This document shows positions 10,212 through 18,899 of a DNA stretch of 21,632 nucleotides, one piece after another. Position numbers and translations under genes: made by a program. The stretch's first letter is position 1. Every line of letters begins with the position of its first letter. This DNA comes from Candidatus Bathyarchaeota archaeon (GTDB lineage Archaea > Thermoproteota > Bathyarchaeia > Bathyarchaeales > Bathycorpusculaceae), in contig CAVTZU010000025.1 in NCBI GenBank assembly GCA_963739305.1, positions 1 to 21,632 on the forward strand, in the 5' to 3' direction. The notes under the pieces are model-generated. The model did no database searches and had not been told where the DNA came from. It was given only the letters and a program-made list of their open reading frames with translations.

Positions 10212-10508
10212 ATGAGTGTGAAAGTCAAAGAACTTCGCGATGGAATGAAACGCGTCAACATAAAGGGCACGGTGACCGAGAAATCTGACCCGCGTGAGGT
10301 GACGTCAAGATTCAAAGATCAAACGTATCGTGTCGCCACTGTAGTTATGGCAGACGAAACAGGGACTATCAAACTGACGCTGTGGAACGACCAGATTGAA
10401 ATGGTGAACGTTAACGACGTAGTAAGGATCGAAAACGGTTATGTCACGAGCTTCAGAGGCGAAATACAGCTGAACGTTGGAAAGTTCGGCACTCTGACTA
10501 TTGAATAG
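10212..10508 (+). CDS. ssb: Single OB-fold ssDNA-binding protein (SSB/RPA)
   Basis: KVKELRDGMKRVN, ADETGTIKLTLW, IENGYVTSFRGEIQLNVGKFG. Confidence 0.88.
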   Translation: MSVKVKELRDGMKRVNIKGTVTEKSDPREVTSRFKDQTYRVATVVMADETGTIKLTLWNDQIEMVNVNDVVRIENGYVTSFRGEIQLNVGKFGTLTIE

Positions 10509-10548
10509 ACCTCTAGAAACCGAGAGGTTATCAAAAACAGAGTGAGAG

Positions 10549-10845
10549 GTGAGATCATTGGGAGAAAAAAGAGGATTTGGTCCCAGAAGAGGAGAATTCA
10601 GGGAACGCGGAAGAGGCGATTTTACGCCGAAGCCGGTTGAGGTGGGAAAGGTGTATGAAGTGGACATTCAGGAAATGAGCCGTCGGGGAGAAGGCATAGC
10701 CAGAATAGAAGGATTAGTGATATTTGTGCCGAACGCAAAGCAAGGAGAACACGCAAAAATTAAGGTTACGAAGGTGAGTAGAAGATGCGCCGAGGCTGAA
10801 GTCGTCACAGAGACTCAGGGCCAAGAAGAAGAGAAGGAACAGTAA
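10549..10845 (+). CDS. Single TRAM-domain protein
   Basis: PKPVEVGKVYEVDIQEMSRRGEGIARIEGLVIFVP; RG-rich N-terminus and acidic tail. Confidence 0.9.
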   Translation: MRSLGEKRGFGPRRGEFRERGRGDFTPKPVEVGKVYEVDIQEMSRRGEGIARIEGLVIFVPNAKQGEHAKIKVTKVSRRCAEAEVVTETQGQEEEKEQ

Positions 10846-10888
10846 ACAAGATAATCCGCCGTTCTTTGCTCAAGTGCCTCGCATGTGG

Positions 10889-11329
10889 TCATTTTTTCTT
10901 GAAGAAGATCCAGTTTTTCCCGCTTTTCAACCTTACAAGCACGTAGGCGCCTTTGAGCTTTTGACCGTTTATTTCGACGATCAACTTGTCTTCCTTCCGA
11001 TCTACAAGAGCGTAGGTTCCTTTGTCCCAGATCTCCACTTTTCCTGCACCGTACTCTCCTTCAGGGATGGTTCCTTCGAAATTCGCGTAGTCTAGCGGAT
11101 GATCCTCAACCTGCACGGCAAGTCTCTTGACACCCGGAGCGACGGGAGGTTCTTTTGGGACGGCCCAACTCTTCAGCGTACCGTCCATTTCAAGCCGCAG
11201 ATCGTAATGAAGATGCGAAGCATAGTGTTTCTGGACCAGATAGATATTTCCAAGGTCAGAGGAGACTTTGCTCTTTGGCTCCGTGGTTTTTTCAAAGTTT
11301 CTCTTGTCTTGGTACTCTTTTAGGCTCAA
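10889..11329 (-). CDS. Stand-alone LigD 3'-phosphoesterase (NHEJ PE domain)
   Basis: [61 protein letters not shown]. Confidence 0.92.
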   Translation of the reverse strand: MSLKEYQDKRNFEKTTEPKSKVSSDLGNIYLVQKHYASHLHYDLRLEMDGTLKSWAVPKEPPVAPGVKRLAVQVEDHPLDYANFEGTIPEGEYGAGKVEIWDKGTYALVDRKEDKLIVEINGQKLKGAYVLVRLKSGKNWIFFKKK

Positions 11330-11361
11330 GTCGCCATTTCCCTCTCGACTTCTTTAACGAC

Positions 11362-12389
<1,028 letters not shown>

Positions 12390-12488
12390 TGTTGTTTGGT
12401 CTCCTTTAGGCTTGGTTTGGTGTTGTATATGAGTTCTGCGAGTTTTTGGTAAAAGATTGCCTTGTCCTTCTTCTGTTGGTTCAATATT

Positions 12489-12674
12489 TCAACTCATTTT
12501 TGGTTGAGTTTCGATTTCTCGGAGTGTGACCACTAGGACTTTGATTACTCCTCTTGGAGTTCTGTACGTTCCTATGTGGTCTAGGGCGATTATCTGTTCA
12601 CTCGGGTTCTCGGTTCTCAACATATCCATCACACATCCATTCACTTTCGTTGCGTTGACGCGACGAGAAGGCAA
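12489..12674 (-). CDS. Small hypothetical element protein
   Basis: Short ORF co-directional with and upstream of int(N); start uncertain. Confidence 0.3.
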   Translation of the reverse strand: MPSRRVNATKVNGCVMDMLRTENPSEQIIALDHIGTYRTPRGVIKVLVVTLREIETQPKMS

Positions 12675-12810
12675 TACGCATTTCTAAAAGGGAGTCTAGA
12701 AGGAAGCTAACGCATAGTTGCAAGATTGGCTTCCGTACGGAATGAGAGACGACTTTTCCTCTTAAATTTCTAATGAGGGAAATGCCTATGCCTTCGAGGA
12801 GATCGTTCAT
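12598..12810 (-). CDS. Small hypothetical element protein
   Basis: 70-aa ATG ORF in the element backbone; no recognisable motif. Confidence 0.3.
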   Translation of the reverse strand: MNDLLEGIGISLIRNLRGKVVSHSVRKPILQLCVSFLLDSLLEMRIAFSSRQRNESEWMCDGYVENREPE

Positions 12811-12958
12811 GCATCATTCAGTTTAGTCGTGGTTTCACGTTTAGCGATCGGGTGTTTCAGTGCCTGTTCCATTGTATTTTTAGCTCTATTAGTGTTGCAT
12901 TTCCCGTTTTTCGCGTAGTGAGTGCCTACGATTGACGTGTGTTCGTAGTTTAGCTGTC

Positions 12959-12970
12959 GTGCGCGCTAAT
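12959..12970 (+). repeat. Cargo-boundary motif copy 1 (GTGCGCGCTAAT)
   Basis: Intergenic, 16 nt beyond the NosD gene stop. Confidence 0.7.
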
Positions 12971-12986
12971 CAGACAGAACTGAGGT

Positions 12987-14492
12987 TCAAGCTTTTTTCT
13001 TTCTTTTCTTGATTGCTGTTAGTGCGAAGGTTAAGAAGGCAAAGAGCAGAAGGTAAATAACAAACTGAAACTCGGGCACCGTGTATGGGTTCATTAACGG
13101 ATAGTTGTCCATGTTGTCGTTGGGTACCTCGTACGGTGTGTCTCCTATGCCGTCGTGGTTCTTGTCTATGCCTGTGTAGTCGCCCCAGTGGTTTCCTCCT
13201 GATGGGTAGCCGTTATCCCAAACGTTGGAAGCTTGCACAGTATATGCTTCTATTTCGTTGTTTACGATGTTGTTGTGGAAGAACGAGTTGTTGTTTGCCT
13301 GCATTATTTCAATACCGTAGTAGTTGCCTTCAATAAGGTTCTCGACGATGGTGTTGTTGTCCGAGTAATAGTTGAGGTTGATGCCCATCTCGTACTGAAT
13401 GCTGCTGCCTGACATGTTTCCGACTATTCGGTTTCCTGAAATTGAGTTAAAAGAGGAATTGAAAAGCTCAAGTTGCGAAAAGAAATTCATCTCAATTTGG
13501 TTGCTGGACACGTTGTTGTTGTAGGAATGGTCAATTTTGATGCCAAAGGAGTTGTTGAGTATCTTGTTCGCGATAATCATGTTATGATCTCCCATTACGT
13601 GAAGACCGCCATAGCCCCTATTGTTGTTGAGTATCGTGTTCTCGCTTATCGTGCTGAACGATCCACCCAGAATTACTGCGTCGCCCTGTGTCACGTTTGT
13701 GATGATGTTATTGGTGAAACTTGACTGGTTAAAATTCCACAAACCAACTCCTGAAGTGCTGTTGTTGAACAAACTGTTCCGGATCGTGCAGTTATTTGCG
13801 CCAATGGTCTGCAAAGGAGTTTGCGTTTCTGTGATGGTCGCGTTTTCTATGAGACAATCCTTCACGTTGATGAGTACTATGCCGTCTTTGGTGAGGGCGG
13901 GTTCTTGCACCGTCACGTTGTTGCAGTTGATCAGCGCCACGTAGCCCGCGTCGCTTGGGATTTGCCCGTTTTCCCTGTTGATCCAGAAGTACACGGGTTT
14001 ACCGTCAACTGTGTTCGATTCGTCTATGTCTTCGGTAGTGTTTTGAAGGCTAAGGGGGTCAAACAAAATAATATTTTGTTGGTTGCTTCTTAGACTGATG
14101 TTTCGGAGTTTCGTGTAGTTGGCGTTGCCTAGGAAGAGTCCAGCCGTTCCGTTCTGCACCGTTAGATCTTGAATTGTCGCGTTTGACACGTCATAGATAC
14201 TGAGAACTGAAATATTAGGGATGCCGTTTCCGTCGATAACCGTTGCGTCTTTGTTCTCACCGACAAGCGAGATCGTCTTGTTGACCTCAACGAGTTCATA
14301 GTATGTTCCATTTCGAACGTACACAATGTCTCCCGCGTTTGCAGCATTTATCGCTGCTTGTATTGATGAATAGTCGTCTGGAACGGTTATGGTGTTAGGT
14401 GCAGCATAGAGTTGGCAGGTTGCGTGATTAAGAGGCATGAAACTGATGATGATCGAGATGAGAATGATCGGGAGGAAAAGTTGCCCTCTCAA
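12987..14492 (-). CDS. NosD/right-handed beta-helix cell-surface protein with PEF-CTERM
   Basis: Signal peptide, ITVPDDYSSIQAAINAANAGD, Asn-rich PbH1 repeats, WDNGYPSGGNHWGDY...DGIGDTPY...DNYPLMNP, VPEF-TM-KKRKKK. Confidence 0.9.
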   Translation of the reverse strand: MRGQLFLPIILISIIISFMPLNHATCQLYAAPNTITVPDDYSSIQAAINAANAGDIVYVRNGTYYELVEVNKTISLVGENKDATVIDGNGIPNISVLSIYDVSNATIQDLTVQNGTAGLFLGNANYTKLRNISLRSNQQNIILFDPLSLQNTTEDIDESNTVDGKPVYFWINRENGQIPSDAGYVALINCNNVTVQEPALTKDGIVLINVKDCLIENATITETQTPLQTIGANNCTIRNSLFNNSTSGVGLWNFNQSSFTNNIITNVTQGDAVILGGSFSTISENTILNNNRGYGGLHVMGDHNMIIANKILNNSFGIKIDHSYNNNVSSNQIEMNFFSQLELFNSSFNSISGNRIVGNMSGSSIQYEMGINLNYYSDNNTIVENLIEGNYYGIEIMQANNNSFFHNNIVNNEIEAYTVQASNVWDNGYPSGGNHWGDYTGIDKNHDGIGDTPYEVPNDNMDNYPLMNPYTVPEFQFVIYLLLFAFLTFALTAIKKRKKKA

Positions 14493-14539
14493 TGATAATC
14501 GAGTAGATAATATTTTTCTGGGCTTTTATCGCTTTCGTC

Positions 14540-14551
14540 GCGCGCGCTACT
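14540..14551 (+). repeat. Cargo-boundary motif copy 2 (GCGCGCGCTACT)
   Basis: Intergenic, 5 nt beyond the SIR2 gene stop and upstream of NosD. Confidence 0.7.
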
Positions 14552-14556
14552 GGCGA

Positions 14557-15684
14557 TCATTTTTGCGTGATGTTATCCACGTATTCTCCCAAATGGCGAT
14601 CGTAATGACTCTTGCTTACGGAACGAATTGCACAGTTCAATTTTTGGAAGACTTTTTCATCTCCGAAATTTCCTTGAACGGGGATTATTCGGTTGTCAAG
14701 CTCAGTTGAGACAGAAGCTACCATATTTTGAATGACTTTTTCTGGCTCTGGATTAACCACGATTAAGACACTGCTAGGGACTTTCTCAAGATTCTCGACG
14801 ATTGCAGTATTCACTGGATCATCCCTGAATGAGTATCCAATTGCGACCAGTTTTTGCCACTTCTGGTTTTTGAAAACACTGTAGTAATTAAAATAAGGAC
14901 ATTTCAGAATCTGTTTCTCTCCAGTTGGATAAATTATCATCTTTTCTGTTATGTTTACAGGAATCTCACGGCCTTGGGGATCATCTGTGGACTTGAAGAT
15001 GCCATCTTTCTCTCTGAACTCGTATATTGAACCGTGAAGTTTGACTAGCCACTGATCAGATCTACTGTAAGTGGTAAAATCTTGCTGTTTTAACGTGTGA
15101 TCTCCTTGTACAATTTCAAAACCATCGGCGAAAGGTTGAGCACGCGAGCGCTTTGTCCTGAAATACGATTCAACAACCATGTCATAATTTGTTGTAACGA
15201 TTGTCTCCCATGTTCTAACTTCAAAGGCTCTTACTTGACCCATCTCGGTTGTCCAGTATCGCGTGTCAAGAACGTCACATTCCCTCAAAACACCGAATAG
15301 TCTATCATACGTTGGTTCGATCAATTTTTTCAGTTCAGGTTTCAGTCTGCATTCATTGTACAGAAAGTCTCTAAAAACTTGCCCCAGCTCACTTGATTTG
15401 TCTGTACGTTCTATGTCTTTAAGATCCTTGCTTACATAGGCCATTACGGGGTTGCTTGATCTTATTGTCTCTTCTATGTTCGCCAATCCTTCTATTATCG
15501 TGAACACGGCTTCAAAATCGGGTTCGACGCCATATCTTTGCAGACTCGACACAATTTTCTGAGCTATGCTGCTGAAACCACGATCTATCATGATTTGGAT
15601 AAGATCGCTGCTCATTTCCTTCAGAGTTTTTATGCCGAAAATCTTTGATGCTCCAGCACCAAGAAAGATCATAGTGAACAGCAA
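14557..15684 (-). CDS. SIR2-like (SIR2_2) domain protein, putative NADase defence effector
   Basis: IFLGAGAS, IVTTNYD, VKLHGS, IIYP, IGYSFRD motifs. Confidence 0.88.
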   Translation of the reverse strand: MLFTMIFLGAGASKIFGIKTLKEMSSDLIQIMIDRGFSSIAQKIVSSLQRYGVEPDFEAVFTIIEGLANIEETIRSSNPVMAYVSKDLKDIERTDKSSELGQVFRDFLYNECRLKPELKKLIEPTYDRLFGVLRECDVLDTRYWTTEMGQVRAFEVRTWETIVTTNYDMVVESYFRTKRSRAQPFADGFEIVQGDHTLKQQDFTTYSRSDQWLVKLHGSIYEFREKDGIFKSTDDPQGREIPVNITEKMIIYPTGEKQILKCPYFNYYSVFKNQKWQKLVAIGYSFRDDPVNTAIVENLEKVPSSVLIVVNPEPEKVIQNMVASVSTELDNRIIPVQGNFGDEKVFQKLNCAIRSVSKSHYDRHLGEYVDNITQK

Positions 15685-15719
15685 TCAACTAGAATGCTAT
15701 GCTGTTTAAATCATTTTAC

Positions 15720-15731
15720 ATTAGCGCGCAC
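15720..15731 (-). repeat. Cargo-boundary motif copy 3 (reverse complement GTGCGCGCTAAT)
   Basis: ATTAGCGCGCAC, just upstream of the TTTAAA box (15705-15710) of the SIR2 gene. Confidence 0.7.
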
Positions 15732-15882
15732 TAGTTGTTGTTTTGAGTTTTGTGGGTTGGAGCACGAGCGTGATGCGAGCGCGACAAGCGTGATGAATAT
15801 GAAGCTGGATAGAAGTCGATAGAAATTTAGAGGTCTTGACTCTATTTAGATATGATAGATGTGAAGTGGAGGGATATATTTC

Positions 15883-16101
15883 ATGGGTGGCGGTGGCGCG
15901 GCTGCTGCTGGTTTGCTCCTCATTCTGCAGGGACAGCTTAGGCGACTCATTGAGGTCGGAGCGGTTTCATATGAGACCCGCAAGAGCGCTAAGGAGATAG
16001 GACTCAATGAGAATCAGCTTAGAACATTGGTATCAATGAAGTGGGCACAGGTTTCTGACGATGGAAAGTATTATGCCATAATTAGAGTCAAACGACGCTA
16101 G
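15883..16101 (+). CDS. Small hypothetical protein (hydrophobic N-terminus, possible wHTH-like C-part)
   Basis: 72 aa, GGAGG SD-like sequence upstream, KSAKEIGL...TLVSMKWAQVSDDGKYY. Confidence 0.6.
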   Translation: MGGGGAAAAGLLLILQGQLRRLIEVGAVSYETRKSAKEIGLNENQLRTLVSMKWAQVSDDGKYYAIIRVKRR

Positions 16102-16104
16102 GAC

Positions 16105-16116
16105 ATTAGCGCGCGC
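16105..16116 (-). repeat. Cargo-boundary motif copy 4 (reverse complement GCGCGCGCTAAT)
   Basis: ATTAGCGCGCGC, 3 nt after the 72-aa ORF stop; ACATTAGCGCGC is identical to 15718-15729. Confidence 0.7.
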
Positions 16117-16185
16117 TCTGTGTTTTTGCGATTGAAAAAAGGGGGTTTGGTTTAATGGCTTTGCGTTGTCGTCTGGAACGTGCGA

Positions 16186-16203
16186 GTGAGCCGAACGGCT
16201 CAC
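16186..16203. other. Perfect GC-rich hairpin GTGAGCC-GAAC-GGCTCAC
   Basis: 7-bp stem with a 4-nt loop between convergent genes. Confidence 0.55.
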
Positions 16204-16247
16204 GAGCTACCTTGCTCTGGGGCGAATCCTCAAAATCCTGCAATCAT

Positions 16248-16862
16248 CTATTTTTCAGTAGTTTTCGTTTTGATCTGCGTTCGAGCTTCTTTCAAACCGT
16301 CGTCATTCAACCAGAATGGCTTATCCCTTCCTTTCTTGGCTTGAGAAGCATCTATAAAATGCTTTCTTCGAAGTGATCTCAAAGCCAACCCAAAATCTCG
16401 ACCAGGAAGTGGAATTCCATTTGGACCTTTCAGAAGTCTTTTCATGTAAGATACTTCAACTGACTTTTGCTGCATGCCTACTTGAAGCGTGTAGGTGATG
16501 AGGAGTATCGCTTCTTCTACGTCCTTCGGTTTCTTTGCCAGAAATGGAACCAAAGTTTCAAATTTCGCATCTTTTCTGAGTTCTATGACTTTCCCAACGA
16601 GATCTTTGGAAGTATCGAGATCCCTGACTATTTGATCATATTCTCTTCCTTCGGCGGGTGGCCCTCGCGGTGTTGGCGGATGAGCTTCTTGTTGCTTTTC
16701 GGTTGATGGTTCACCAGTAGTTGACCCTTGAACAGGTAGGTTTTTGATGTGATCGAATACCTCCTTGAAGACCTCCTGTACTGAATCACCATAGTATTCG
16801 ATCTCCTTGTCAGCCCATTTAATTCTGAACCCAGAATGAGCATTTTTCCTTTCTTCAGTCAT
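16248..16862 (-). CDS. Hypothetical protein with probable C-terminal winged-helix domain
   Basis: Short N-domain (FRIKWADKEIEYYG), Pro-rich linker, C-terminal ALRSLRRKHFI...FWLNDDGLKEA wing pattern. Confidence 0.65.
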   Translation of the reverse strand: MTEERKNAHSGFRIKWADKEIEYYGDSVQEVFKEVFDHIKNLPVQGSTTGEPSTEKQQEAHPPTPRGPPAEGREYDQIVRDLDTSKDLVGKVIELRKDAKFETLVPFLAKKPKDVEEAILLITYTLQVGMQQKSVEVSYMKRLLKGPNGIPLPGRDFGLALRSLRRKHFIDASQAKKGRDKPFWLNDDGLKEARTQIKTKTTEK

Positions 16863-16930
16863 TTTTTATCAAAATAAGTTACACCGAAAGGCAATTTAAG
16901 CATATCACCTTATCGTAGGCTAGACCTGAA

Positions 16931-17890
16931 TTGTCTGAACGCCCTAAGAAGTATCCTGATGAAGATGTAATAGAGAAAATACTTGATCAAGTTCATGACG
17001 TCGCTTGGAATAATTTGATTCTGGATAAGGGTCAGGAGAATAAACTCCTTGAAGATCTAAAGTGGGTACTTGACATCTGGAACAAACAGTATTTGGGTCA
17101 TGATCGGCTGACAGAAATCGTGAGTCAGAACTACCTTTCAGCATTGCCAACTTGTGGAGACAAACCTCGAATCTGTAAAGAACTGGATTTGGTGATTTGT
17201 TTCTTTCAGCATTACATCTATGCTTTTGAGGAGTTTATGACTCGTGGATTTCGTGATTCAGTAATTCGATGTGGACTTGTATGCGAAAGACTTGTAAAAA
17301 GACTGGCTGTTGCTGATGGGCATCCCGAAGTACTCAATATTTTCAGGTTTGAGGATAGAGCGAACAAAGTCATGAGTCTTCTATCAGGTCGTGTCAATGA
17401 CATTCAATTTCTGATAAGTCGAATGAAATACATCTATTCCAAAAGGACAGAAAGGGGAGCACATGACACAGGAGCAGCAGGGATCCTGATAGCAAAATCT
17501 TGCATCAGTGAGATTCCAATAACTTACATGGAGTATCTTAATGCTCTTGAAAGACTAGGTCATAAGATTGGACCTAAGAATGAGTTGATTGAACTTGTCA
17601 ATGAAACGGTTAGTATTGGCACCACGATGATCGTTATCAGACCAGGAGAACCTACTGACCCTGAATCTATCTTGATTTCCATGTTTTCACAGAACTATTT
17701 TGCGCAACCTAGATCATTTGCTGAGATAACCGCTGCAGTTGTGAATCAAGAGTTTAATATACCCAAAACAACTCTTTGGCAGGCTTTGAAAAATCTATGT
17801 GCAAAGAAGATCTTGACTAGGAGCGGGCGTGGTATATATGTTCAAAGAACACCACCAGAGAAGTACTACAATAAGGAGATCACAAAGTAA
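16931..17890 (+). CDS. Putative HEPN/Abi-like protein with C-terminal winged helix
   Basis: DSVIRCGLVCERLVK helix and Rx5H motif (RTERGAH); C-terminal PRSFAEI...TLWQALKNLCAKKILTRSGRGIY. Confidence 0.65.
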   Translation: MSERPKKYPDEDVIEKILDQVHDVAWNNLILDKGQENKLLEDLKWVLDIWNKQYLGHDRLTEIVSQNYLSALPTCGDKPRICKELDLVICFFQHYIYAFEEFMTRGFRDSVIRCGLVCERLVKRLAVADGHPEVLNIFRFEDRANKVMSLLSGRVNDIQFLISRMKYIYSKRTERGAHDTGAAGILIAKSCISEIPITYMEYLNALERLGHKIGPKNELIELVNETVSIGTTMIVIRPGEPTDPESILISMFSQNYFAQPRSFAEITAAVVNQEFNIPKTTLWQALKNLCAKKILTRSGRGIYVQRTPPEKYYNKEITK

Positions 17891-17963
17891 AATCCTGTGC
17901 GCACTACCGCCCTTAGTTTTGCTCTCACACGCTTGTTGTCAATAAAAAAAGATAGATTTGTGT

Positions 17964-18899
17964 TTATTTGCGTTTTCGGTATAGTTTGATTCCATCTATG
18001 TCTTGTATGTATTCGAATCCTGCTTCTAGGAGTGTGGTGGCTTCTTTGACGTTGGTGGCTGTTCTGGTTATGTATTGTTGTTCTTCTTGGTTGTCCAGTA
18101 AGTGGGTGTATCGGTCTGTGGTGTTTGAGTGTTTGTGTCCTAGTAGGTATTGGGTTCTTTTTAGGTCTGTTTTGTAGTATGTTGTGGTTGCGAAGTAGTG
18201 TCTTAGGTCGTATAGTCTGATTCTGTGTATTGATGGGTCGTTTACCTTTTTGGCGAGTCGGTTTCTGACGACTCGGTATTCTTTGCCGTATCTTGTTTGG
18301 TCGCCTTTGAACAGCTTGTCGTTGGGTTGTTTGTTTTCTCTGGTTATGTAGTCTCGGAGAAGTAGTGTTAGCTGTTCGGGGATTTTGATTTTTCTTGGTG
18401 CTCCGTGTTTTGCGGTGGTTGGGAAAACATATCTTTGTTCTAGGTCTATGTCTTTGGTTTTGAGTTCGAAGATTTCTACGGGTCTTAAGCCTGTTTCCAT
18501 GCTGAAGCGTAGTTTGAGGGCTAATAGTTTTCCTGCGTCTGCTATGATTTGCTCGATTTTGGTTCTTGCTGGTATTTGTATTTCTTTGGCGTTGTCGTAG
18601 AATCTTTTGGGTTTTTTCCATTGTATTTGGTTGTATTCACAGAATTTTTGATAGGCGTACAAGTATCGGTTTTTATAGTTGTTGCTTCGTTCGAGTTGTT
18701 TGACAAATACTTCTACTGTGTGGGGGTTGTTGAGGTCTGTGTTTTTGTCTAGGCTGCTTATCATCCATTCGTAGTTTCTGATGTCGGTTTTGCATGTTCC
18801 GTTTTGTTTTAGTTGGTTGAGGAATTTGGCTACGGCGTTAAGATTTCGGGTGTTGATGCGTGTTTTTGGGCTTATGAGCCATAAGTCAACACCTGTCTT
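17964..18899 (-). CDS. int: int(C): catalytic fragment of tyrosine recombinase/integrase (first internal ATG 18764)
   Basis: ETGLRPVE (R), AKHG (K), YDLRHYFAT, LLGH, TDRY (Y). The frame is open from the att core to the stop, with no ATG between the upstream stop at 18969-18971 and 18764. Confidence 0.92.
   Translation of the reverse strand, partial: KTGVDLWLISPKTRINTRNLNAVAKFLNQLKQNGTCKTDIRNYEWMISSLDKNTDLNNPHTVEVFVKQLERSNNYKNRYLYAYQKFCEYNQIQWKKPKRFYDNAKEIQIPARTKIEQIIADAGKLLALKLRFSMETGLRPVEIFELKTKDIDLEQRYVFPTTAKHGAPRKIKIPEQLTLLLRDYITRENKQPNDKLFKGDQTRYGKEYRVVRNRLAKKVNDPSIHRIRLYDLRHYFATTTYYKTDLKRTQYLLGHKHSNTTDRYTHLLDNQEEQQYITRTATNVKEATTLLEAGFEYIQDIDGIKLYRKRK

Noticed and set aside
12959-16116. 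Interpretation as a CRISPR array or classical integron attC array
   Set aside because: The repeats are 12 bp, in mixed orientation and separated by whole genes. No cas genes or attC R''/R' hairpins were seen, and the integrase shows no evident IntI-specific insertion.
17866-18621. 251-aa alternative-frame ORF over the integrase
   Set aside because: Low-complexity Q/R/T/N/K translation caused by the A/C-skewed coding strand; the integrase frame carries the catalytic motifs.
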